From NCBI RefSeq assembly GCF_900100765.1, contig NZ_FNFO01000003.1, positions 469,348 to 533,347 of the forward strand: DNA of 64,000 nt, in the 5' to 3' direction. Below, piece by piece: positions 19,984-28,500 of this stretch. The notes below the pieces were generated by a model. The model saw only the letters and a program-made list of their open reading frames with translations. It did not search any database and was not told the DNA's origin. A program made the position numbers and the translations under genes. The number at the start of each line of letters is the position of its first letter. The first letter of the stretch is position 1. This DNA comes from Catalinimonas alkaloidigena (GTDB lineage Bacteria > Bacteroidota > Bacteroidia > Cytophagales > Flexibacteraceae).

Positions 19984-20775
19984 ATGCGTGTCATTTTCAA
20001 AATATTTTTCGTCCTGTTGGCCATCCGGCTTTTTACCTGCGAAGGCAAGGTGAAGCGCGACGTCGCCGAATTCGGGCGCGATTTTGTCCCCAAGCCCAAG
20101 GTTGAGGAAGTGAGCGGGGAAGATCTCTCCGAAGAAACACCCCCTCCGACCGACGCTTCGCCGCTGCTTGCCGCCAACTACTACTTCATCTTCGACGGAA
20201 GTGAGAACATGGAAGAACGGTGTGCCGGACAGGAGAAACTCCGCAGTGCCCAGCGGGCCGCGCAGGAACTTATTGAGCAGGTGCCGGACGATGCCAACAT
20301 GGGCCTTTTGGTATTTGACGACCATCGCGACCGAGGAGAAGCGTTTACCGAGCCGGTTGCTTTGGGTCCCGACAACCGGAAAAAGATGAACCGCGCCCTT
20401 CGCCGCATCGACGCGGACGGCAACTCGTCGCTACGCGAAGCCATCTACCAGGGCGTCAACCAACTGGAAGAGCAGTCGAAAAAGCAACAGGGCTACGGCG
20501 AGTATCACCTCGTCATCATCACCGACGGGCAGGACATTGGCTTGGAAGACGCCGCCCGCTACGCCGTAGAGAAAGGCATTGCCATCCATACGGTGGGGCT
20601 GTGCATCGACCGGGAGCATCCGTTACGAACGTACGCGCTCTCGTTCCAAAATGCCAACGAACGCACCGATTTCACCCTTACGCCGGAAGCGGAGCGGGTA
20701 GAGCCTGAAACGTTCGAACCAATTGATACCAAAACGCTGGTGGCGGAAACTCAAACGCCGGCCACCGCCGAATAA
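19984..20775 (+). CDS. von Willebrand factor type A (vWA) domain protein, probable lipoprotein
   Basis: 263 aa. The lipobox-like segment is LFTC. vWA/MIDAS elements are FIFDGSENM, LLVFDD, NSSLREAIYQG and LVIITDGQD. Confidence 0.8.
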   Translation: MRVIFKIFFVLLAIRLFTCEGKVKRDVAEFGRDFVPKPKVEEVSGEDLSEETPPPTDASPLLAANYYFIFDGSENMEERCAGQEKLRSAQRAAQELIEQVPDDANMGLLVFDDHRDRGEAFTEPVALGPDNRKKMNRALRRIDADGNSSLREAIYQGVNQLEEQSKKQQGYGEYHLVIITDGQDIGLEDAARYAVEKGIAIHTVGLCIDREHPLRTYALSFQNANERTDFTLTPEAERVEPETFEPIDTKTLVAETQTPATAE

Positions 20776-20794
20776 CACTAGTTTGCAGCAGATC

Positions 20795-22042
20795 ATGAAA
20801 AAGTGGTTAGGTCCTTTTGCGGTATTTATGCTCATCACGTCAGGCATGGGTGCCTGGTGGTACGGACGACGCATTCTGTTCGAGCAAGAGCAGATCGCCA
20901 CGTCGGACGCCGTCGGCCACATCGAGCACCTGCGCATCGCGGGCGACCATCAGCCGGGGTATTGGTTTCTCCACTCCCCCCAGATGAAAGCCCGGCAGGC
21001 GCGCAGCGGACAGGCCATCGACTTCACGACGAGCCACGGCGACTATGCCGCACAATTGCAAAGTCTGGTCGACGGAACACAGGATGCGCTGGTCATGCCG
21101 GTGGAATCGTATCTGAAGTACGGTAGCGGGTTCGACTACCCGGGCGTGATTGTCGCCAGTCTATACGGCCCGCGCACGGCCCAGCCGGACGCCCACCCGA
21201 CGGCCCAGCAGCAAACCAGCGACGCGCATGTAGAGGTAATTCAAACCAGCACGAATGCCATCGAAGTACCTACGCTGACGGTATTGGTCGTAAACCGGGA
21301 AACCGTTTCGCAGAAACCCGGGCAGGTTAAACTGCTTCTGAAAAATTATTTCCAGACCCTGGACTACTATACCGGCCATCGCGACGAGTTCGTGCAGGCC
21401 CTGGTGCAGGAAACGGAAATGACTCCGCAGGAAGTAGAAAAATTTCTGGCCCGGACCGACTGGTACGACCTGCGCGAAAATAGCTACGAGTTGTTCGGCG
21501 TGAGCCGCAACCCGGCGGAAGGGCAGCCTAATAAACTGGTCAGTACCCTGGTGCAACGTAATTCGAGCGTCGATCCGTACCGGCTGATCAACAGCAACTT
21601 CTTACGGGAACTGCTGAACAGCGAGGCCACCACCTTCACGGCCCTGACCGAAGAAGCGTGGGCGCAGCTGACCACCACGACGGTTCTCGACGCGGCTCCG
21701 GTGATTTTCCAGCGCAGCACAGACGAGCTAGACTACGAAGACGAAGTATTGATCGATCAGGTTGCCGAGCGCGTGAAACAGGAGTACCCGGGTTACCGGC
21801 TGATCGTACGCGGCCATACGGGACTAGGCGACGAAGCGGCCAACCTGATTTTGTCACAACGCCGTGCCGAGAAAGTGCGGGCGCAGTTGATCAGCCGTGG
21901 GCGGCTGGACGCCAATCAGTTGCACGCGGAAGGCGTAGGGGCCACACAACCGCCCACGCGCCAGGCCGACGAATCGGAGCGGGCGTACCGCCTGCGGATG
22001 CCGCGCGTAGAATTTATTCTGGCACAGGCCAATCCTCTCTAA
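20795..22042 (+). CDS. Membrane-anchored protein with periplasmic domain and C-terminal OmpA-like domain (architectural paralogue of the 18260-19957 protein)
   Basis: Real start is probably the ATG at 20795 (MKKWLGPFAVFMLITSGMGAWWYG, a TM helix), because the listed ORF overlaps the upstream vWA gene. The C-terminus is OmpA-C-like (YRLIVRGHTGLGDEAANLILSQRRAEKVRAQL...RVEFIL). Confidence 0.6.
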   Translation: MKKWLGPFAVFMLITSGMGAWWYGRRILFEQEQIATSDAVGHIEHLRIAGDHQPGYWFLHSPQMKARQARSGQAIDFTTSHGDYAAQLQSLVDGTQDALVMPVESYLKYGSGFDYPGVIVASLYGPRTAQPDAHPTAQQQTSDAHVEVIQTSTNAIEVPTLTVLVVNRETVSQKPGQVKLLLKNYFQTLDYYTGHRDEFVQALVQETEMTPQEVEKFLARTDWYDLRENSYELFGVSRNPAEGQPNKLVSTLVQRNSSVDPYRLINSNFLRELLNSEATTFTALTEEAWAQLTTTTVLDAAPVIFQRSTDELDYEDEVLIDQVAERVKQEYPGYRLIVRGHTGLGDEAANLILSQRRAEKVRAQLISRGRLDANQLHAEGVGATQPPTRQADESERAYRLRMPRVEFILAQANPL

Positions 22043-22045
22043 ACC

Positions 22046-22897
22046 ATGTCAAAACGAACTTCACTTTATAAACCAAAATCCGTTGACGAGGTCTTCAAAC
22101 CCGTCACGTACGCCGACCTCAGTCCGGGAGCGTTGCGCCGGGCCCGACGCCAGCATGCGTTTGGCCACTGGACATTCCGCTACTCCCTGGTGGCGGTAGC
22201 CTCCTCTTTAGTGGCGATGGGCTTGTTCGGCATGTCGGAAATCCTGTTCTTTCTGGCGGCTTCCTCCTCTACGCTGAGTGCAGCGTCGGTTTCGTGGAAT
22301 TACCTGGCGAATCCCGATGAGGTGGAAAGCCGCTACGTGGAGCGTATTCAGCGCCAGTTGGCACAACAGACGCAGGAACGTCGAACCCAATTGCGTGCTT
22401 ACCTGACCGAGTACAACGGACAGCGTGGCCTGGTGCAAATGGAGTCGTTACAAAAGCAGTTCGATGCACTGGTGGAAATGCTTCAGACCAAGTTCGAAAC
22501 CACGGAGCTGACGTACCAACGCTACTACGGCATTGCCCAGGAGGTTTTTCTGGCCTCGATCGATAACCTCTCGGAAGTAGCGCTTTCGTTGCAAAGCATT
22601 GACGGCATCGACGTATTTGAGATTCAGCGTCGCCTCAAAGCGCCCATCCTGATGCCGGGCGAGCGGGAGGCGCTGCAAAAGCGGCTGGCCCTATACGAAG
22701 CCGAAAAGCGGGACATCGAACAACGCTACCTGGAAAACGAACGGGCGCAAACGCAGATCGCCGAGACGACGGTCGCCATCTCGAACATCGACGTCAGCAA
22801 TAAAGAGGCACGCCTCACGATGGAAGAAGCCATGCGCGAGCTGGTCGAACTGACCAAGCGCGCTCACGAATACTCTACGCCCAAGGTCAGTGCTTAA
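22046..22897 (+). CDS. XpaC-like membrane/coiled-coil protein (TelA partner)
   Basis: 283 aa. Two N-terminal TM helices followed by a long coiled coil. It lies immediately upstream of TelA with a 4-bp gap from the preceding gene, the arrangement I recall for xpaC with a TelA-family gene (yaaN) in Bacillus. Confidence 0.4.
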   Translation: MSKRTSLYKPKSVDEVFKPVTYADLSPGALRRARRQHAFGHWTFRYSLVAVASSLVAMGLFGMSEILFFLAASSSTLSAASVSWNYLANPDEVESRYVERIQRQLAQQTQERRTQLRAYLTEYNGQRGLVQMESLQKQFDALVEMLQTKFETTELTYQRYYGIAQEVFLASIDNLSEVALSLQSIDGIDVFEIQRRLKAPILMPGEREALQKRLALYEAEKRDIEQRYLENERAQTQIAETTVAISNIDVSNKEARLTMEEAMRELVELTKRAHEYSTPKVSA

Positions 22898-22957
22898 CCG
22901 CCCGATCCCTGGCTACATTTCACAATTACTCACGACAAACCCTTATTTCTGAATACT

Positions 22958-24148
22958 ATGGCAACGCAACCCAATAAACCCGTCAAACCTGTGGAACCCG
23001 AATTTGAGGAACTGAATTTCGAGCCGGAGCGTCCCATTGACCCGGAGCTGGATAAAAAGGCAGATGAGTTTCTGACGCAGCTGCTGAGCGACGAAACGGC
23101 CAGCAACACCAAGCGCCGGGCTGTCGACGAGATGGGGACGCGCACGCAACAGGAAATTACGAACCTCAGCAAAATGCTGGAAGGGCCGATCAAAACCCTG
23201 GCCGAAACCGGCGACAACGGGGGACCGGTGGCCAAGTCGCTCATCGACCTGAAAGAACAGGTAGAAGACCTCGATCCGGCCAAGTTCGATTTTTCCAGTC
23301 CGTCGGGGTTTATGGCGAGTTTCGGCAAAATGCTACCGGGCAAAAAGAATCGCATGGGACGCTACTTTGCCAAGTATCAGTCGGCCGAGGCGGTCATCGA
23401 TCAAATCATTAAATCGCTGGAACTGGGCCGCGACCAACTGCGCCGCGACAACATCACCCTTTCGCACGACCGCGACCGGATGGTAACGGCGATGGATCGG
23501 CTGGAACGCACGATTCAGCTCGGTCAACTGCTCGACGACAAACTCCAGTATAAACTGGACCGCGACCTGGCCTCGGATGCCGATCAGCATCGCTTTGTGC
23601 AGGAAGAACTCCTATTCCCCCTGCGTCAGCGCATCATCGACCTGCAGCAAACGCTGAACATCAACCAACAGGGCATCCTGACCATCGAAGTCATCATCCG
23701 CAACAACCGCGAACTGATGCGCGGCGTAGGCCGGGCGCTGAACGTCACGGTGACAGCCCTGCAAACCGCGATTGCGACCGCGTTGGCACTGAACAATCAG
23801 GAAATTGTGATGAAAAAGATCAACGCCTTGAACGACACTACGTCGAAGTTGATCGCCCACAACGCCGAACGTCTGAAAACCCAGGGTGCTGCTATTCACA
23901 AGCAGGCCTCCGAATCGATGCTGAGCATGGAGCAATTGGAAAAAGCGTTTCAGGACATCCGGACCGCGCTGGAAGACATCTCCAAGTTCCGGCAGGAGGC
24001 GCTGCCCAAAATGGCGACGCAGATCAGCCGCATGGACGAACTCAACAAAGAAGCCGCCGACACGCTGCGCCGAATGGCCCGCGGCAACCAGGCCCAGACC
24101 GAGATGATCATCGACCTCGACGCCGATCAGTACGAAGTAGGGAAGTAG
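22958..24148 (+). CDS. telA: TelA/KlaA-family toxic anion resistance protein
   Basis: 396 aa, all helical, with the length and pattern of the TelA family. Confidence 0.75.
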   Translation: MATQPNKPVKPVEPEFEELNFEPERPIDPELDKKADEFLTQLLSDETASNTKRRAVDEMGTRTQQEITNLSKMLEGPIKTLAETGDNGGPVAKSLIDLKEQVEDLDPAKFDFSSPSGFMASFGKMLPGKKNRMGRYFAKYQSAEAVIDQIIKSLELGRDQLRRDNITLSHDRDRMVTAMDRLERTIQLGQLLDDKLQYKLDRDLASDADQHRFVQEELLFPLRQRIIDLQQTLNINQQGILTIEVIIRNNRELMRGVGRALNVTVTALQTAIATALALNNQEIVMKKINALNDTTSKLIAHNAERLKTQGAAIHKQASESMLSMEQLEKAFQDIRTALEDISKFRQEALPKMATQISRMDELNKEAADTLRRMARGNQAQTEMIIDLDADQYEVGK

Positions 24149-24170
24149 ATACGTCAAGTACATCTAAAAG

Positions 24171-24210
24171 AGGCCTATCCGGTAAGAACTGGATGGGCCT
24201 TTGTCGTTTG
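24171..24210. terminator. Putative bidirectional terminator between convergent operons
   Basis: AGGCCTATCC..GGATGGGCCT, a 10-bp stem with one G.U pair and a 10-nt loop, followed by TTTGTCGTTTG. Confidence 0.5.
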
Positions 24211-24225
24211 ATGCCAAACGAAGGA

Positions 24226-24870
24226 TTACGCCATATTTTCGCGAATCTCCTCCTCGGTCACCAGAGCGCGCCAAGCAGGATCGGATGGAAAGCCGCCCTC
24301 TGCACAATTATGGATGTCAATCGTTTCATCCTCCCCAGAAGGTTCAAATAAGTCTAACTGCTTTTCACGCACATACGCTTCGCGGGTAGCATACTCCTGG
24401 GCAAGCTGTTCATTCCATACGTCCGAACCACAGCTCAGGCATTTATGGCTCGTTACGGCGAGTAGCCCACACACGTCACAGCCCGCTAACGAAGCAAAGA
24501 ACTGCTTCACCCCTCCGTAATCGTAACCTGGATACCCGACTGGTACTTGCTGCACCAACGCATACCAGCCGCTATACTCATTCGGGATTTCCAGGTACAC
24601 GCTACCGTTTCTGATCAGCACCAATTTTTCCGGAGAAAAATGGATGTCCTCAAGCCTTCTCCACACCACATCATGCTCCACCGAACCGTCGTCCAGTTTT
24701 TCAACTCGAAAGCCATGAGCTGTGATGCTGATCTCACGCATCTCGCGAAGTCTCTCCCGAAACATCTGACTGATCTGTTTTTTGCTTGGAAGCAGGAGCC
24801 AGCGCCAAAAGCGTTTCATCATATGCGTGTTCCGGTTTAAGCGAAAAGAGTGGTAAAAATACAGGGACAC
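24226..24870 (-). CDS. Hypothetical protein with C4 zinc ribbon (CDVCG...CLSCG). Lower GC than its surroundings.
   Basis: 214 aa. The start is probably the internal MMKRFWRW near 24822. A 4-bp gap to the upstream gene suggests co-transcription with the giant ATPase. Confidence 0.45.
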   Translation of the reverse strand: MSLYFYHSFRLNRNTHMMKRFWRWLLLPSKKQISQMFRERLREMREISITAHGFRVEKLDDGSVEHDVVWRRLEDIHFSPEKLVLIRNGSVYLEIPNEYSGWYALVQQVPVGYPGYDYGGVKQFFASLAGCDVCGLLAVTSHKCLSCGSDVWNEQLAQEYATREAYVREKQLDLFEPSGEDETIDIHNCAEGGFPSDPAWRALVTEEEIRENMA

Positions 24871-24873
24871 ACG

Positions 24874-25434
24874 TTATCCCAGGTCTATGACTTGCTTGCT
24901 GGCCATGTAGTGAAATTCTCGCTCAAGCTCGTACTTCATCTTTTTCACACTCCGCCGCATCATCAGGTAAGGCATGCCGAACATCAACGACGCGTGAAAG
25001 AGAATGAAGGGTAGAAACACGAATGATCCCGGTCCATTTCCGTCATCCATAAATAGCATGGAGAAAATGAATACGGAATACATAATGAAGCCAATCACAT
25101 AGAAGGGAATCATCATTCTCTTGAATCCATCCACTTCGGTCTCAATCACTACGTACTCTCCGCTTTGTCGGAACGTGCCTTTTGCCAGGGCACTCATCCC
25201 TACCTCGAAAAGCCTTTTACGCCTTTTTATCTTAAATTCCGACCTGCCTACGTGTCCTTTGTACTCGTTTTTACTGGAGGACAAAACATCGAAGGCCCCG
25301 GAAAAGGCACTGGTATTGCCTTCGTCCACATGCTTCCTTAACCTGGCGACAAACTCCTTTTGAGAGATGGCGACTTTTGTCGAGAAAGAATCGACTAAGC
25401 CTAGCTTTTTCAAAAAGGGTGATATTGAATCCAT
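24874..25434 (-). CDS. Hypothetical small membrane protein (two C-terminal TM helices). Lower GC than its surroundings.
   Basis: Real start is the ATG at 25434 (MDSISPFLKKLGL...), 186 aa. The upstream part of the listed ORF is Arg/Pro-rich read-through. Hydrophobic helices are MMIPFYVIGFIMYSVFIFSMLF and SFVFLPFILFHASLMFGMPYLMM. Confidence 0.5.
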   Translation of the reverse strand: MDSISPFLKKLGLVDSFSTKVAISQKEFVARLRKHVDEGNTSAFSGAFDVLSSSKNEYKGHVGRSEFKIKRRKRLFEVGMSALAKGTFRQSGEYVVIETEVDGFKRMMIPFYVIGFIMYSVFIFSMLFMDDGNGPGSFVFLPFILFHASLMFGMPYLMMRRSVKKMKYELEREFHYMASKQVIDLG

Positions 25435-25517
25435 AACTGCTTTGTCCTGGAAGAAAGCCGTACCACTTCTACCTGAGCGCGAGAATAGAAGTGGTACAGC
25501 TAAATTTTTACCGGTTA

Positions 25518-28500
25518 CTAGTTGCCGTTGCGGCCGAGGGCTTCTCCGATGCGCTGGATGCCTTCGGCGAGGACTTCCATCTGGGCGACAACCTGGCTGA
25601 CGCCATTTCCCCCAAGGCCTTTCAGGCGGTTGTTCTTCACAAACTGGGTTTTGATGGCTTCCCAGCGTGCGTTCTCCTCGGAGGTGATCCAGCCGAGCAT
25701 TTCCTTCCACTTGAGCAGGTTCGCTTCGGCACCCTGCGTCAGGGTTTGCGCTTCCTGTTCATAGTGCGAACGCAGCAGGGTCTTCAGTTCGTCGTCGTTC
25801 ATCACGGGCACCACCTTTTCGGCCAATTTGTTCATGTCGCGGTACGAGCCCTGAAGCTTGAACGGCGGTTCGGTGCGGTACTCGTCGGCCTGCGCAGCGG
25901 AGTGGATGTATTCCTGGTTCACGCGCAGAAGCACGTCGCGCACCTGCACGAGTTTGCGCAGCACGTTGACGTATTCGTTGATTTCCTCGGGCGTATGATT
26001 CGCCTCGAACTCCAGTCCTTCTTTGCTGCCCGTTGCGGCAATGCGCAGGAGTGGGAACAGGTCGGCGGTACTTTTGGCGGCCAGCTTCTGAAGCGTCGGG
26101 TTGGCCATCAGGCTGTTTTCCAGGTAGCTCAACTCAAATGCCTCGTCCGAATCCCCGATGATGTCGCCCAGGTTGTAGATGTCGGCCCGGTTGGCCAGCA
26201 TGTCGGGAATCTGAAACTGGTCGCCGCTTTCCGTGTACGGGTTTCCGGCCATCACCACGGCCACCTTCCGCCCCCGCAGGTCGTAGGTCCGGCTGCGGCC
26301 CCTGTACACACCCTCGATTTTCCGTTGCGCGTCGCACAGGGAGATGAATTTTTGCAGGAACTCCGGATTCAGGTGCTGGATGTCGTCCAGGTAGAGCATC
26401 AGGTTATCGCCCATTTCGAGCGCGAGGTTTAGCTTCTCCAATTCCTCCCGTGCCGATGCATTGGGAGCGGTTCCCGGATCGAGCGAGACGACCTGATGCC
26501 CAATGGCCGGTCCGTTGATCTTCATGAACACCAGCCCTAACCGGCTGGCGATGTATTCCATCAGCGTGGTTTTCCCGTAGCCGGGAGGCGAAATCAATAG
26601 CAGCATGCCCTGGCGGTCGGTCCGTTTCTGGTCGCCGGCCGCGCCCAACTGCTTCGCGAAGTTGGTGCCGATCAGGGGCAGGTAGACTTTGTCGATCAGG
26701 CGGTTGCGGACAAACGAGGTCAGCACGCGGGGCCGGAAGGAATCAAGCCGCAGTTCGTGTCGGAAGTCTTCTGTCAGTTGCTTTTTCAGTGCCACGAACG
26801 CTTGGTACTGCGGCACGGTTTCCCGTTCGAAGGTGCGGAGCCGCTGCGAAAAATCGTGATACTGTAACGTATACGCGCCATTGTCGAGGACAGCGTGCGT
26901 GCCTTGCAATCCTGACAGCGCCGTTTCGAGCGAGGCTTCGATGACTTTCGCTTCGCCCGCCGGGTTGGCGAATAACTGCACGGCAACTTCGTCTACATAC
27001 CCCCGCTGCTCCCCTTTCCCGGTGTGGTCCAGAAAGGCCCGTAACCATTTCCGGATCAGTTTGAAGCGGGCGGCGGGTGACGCGGCCAGCGCCTCGACCG
27101 AAGTCTGATACGCGGCTTCGGCCTTCACCTGTTTCAGGTAAGCTGCGAAATCACGACGCAATTGGGCGGCCGCGCCTTCGGTCACGAAGGATTCGTCACG
27201 GGCAATTTCGTGCAACAGATACGCGCCGGCCTCTTCGGCCCAAGTCTCCGCAAACAACTGGTGCTGCTGCGCAAAGGCACGTAATTCGGTCTGCAATTCT
27301 TCAATCATCCCGTCGAACTCGTGCGTATCGGGAAAGACCTGTAGAATTACGCCGATGCCTTTCAGGCGGTGGTGCCAGACGGATTTTTCCTTTTCGGCCA
27401 TGAAGCCCTGCCAGTACAAGGCAGCCATGGCACGGGCGGACGAAGGGTAGCGCAACAAGTCGATGTGCTGGTCCAGTTGCCGCAGCGCCTGCAACAGCAG
27501 GAGCGCGTCCTGATCGTGCACGCCTTTGACGTAGCCTTCCTGCGGGTGGTTGGCGACGTACTGTTGCACCGCTTCTGCCAGCGTGTCGTCCGACAGCTGG
27601 GTCTGCTGAAACAGTTGCCAGGCCAGGTACTCGGCACGGTACACCCGCGCATTTTCCGACACCAGGGTCTGGTCCCACGCCTCGCGGGTTGCCAGAAAGG
27701 CCGGATCGGTGATGGGCTGGAAGAAGTTGGTGCCGGTCAGGTGAAACTGTAGCGTCCCGTCGCGCGGCACGAGCGTCAGGTCCAGCGGCTGCGTATTGAC
27801 GGAGAAGTGATGCTCGCCGAAGCGAATTGTATCTGCGCCGCCGACAAATAATTCCTGCCGGTCTTTCAACTGACGGGCGGCATCTTCGCGCACCGTTTTC
27901 AGGCGACTCAACACGTCATCGGCCTTGACCGAATCGCCCAGTTCCTGCAACTGCTGCGCAAACTGCCGCACCTTATCGACCATCAGGTCGGCGGCAAAAT
28001 AGCCGTTGATCTCCGCGATGGAGGCGAAGCTCGACACCCGGTTCTGAATGCCTTTCAGCACCCGCTCGGCCGATTGCCGCAGGGCCTCGGCCCGACGGTT
28101 GCGGGTTTCGATTAGCGCGACCTTCTTCGACTCGAACGTGTTGTAGAGTTCTTCGCGCTTCTCGGTAATCTTCTCAATAAAATCCTCGAATTCCACGAAG
28201 CGGCCTTCCAGTTCCTCCAGTTGAATCAGGAGTTTGGTGAGGTATTCGTCGCACCGCTCGGGCGTCTGGCTGGCGTCGAGGTAATTTGTGACGCTCTGGT
28301 CGATCAGCTTCAGTTGCGCCGCAAATTCGGCCCGTCCTTCCTGCCCACGCAGCTCTTTCCGCTTCCGCTTCAGCGCGGCCCGCAACTGATTCAAGTGGGC
28401 GTATAAGGTCGAAATGCGGTCGATGATCTGCGTGGTTTGTGTCGCGTCCTCGATTTTCAGGTTACTCACCACTTCGATCAGCAGATCCAGTTCATGAGCG

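Noticed and set aside
24874-25710. N-terminal 92 residues of the listed 278-aa ORF (R/P-rich)
   Set aside because: This is read-through upstream of the real ATG at 25434. It overlaps the 3' end of the ATPase gene in another frame.
25491-26432. 313-aa plus-strand ORF, and other plus-strand ORFs between 25.5 and 30.4 kb
   Set aside because: They are antisense to the 1641-aa ATPase gene, which has convincing Walker A and B motifs.
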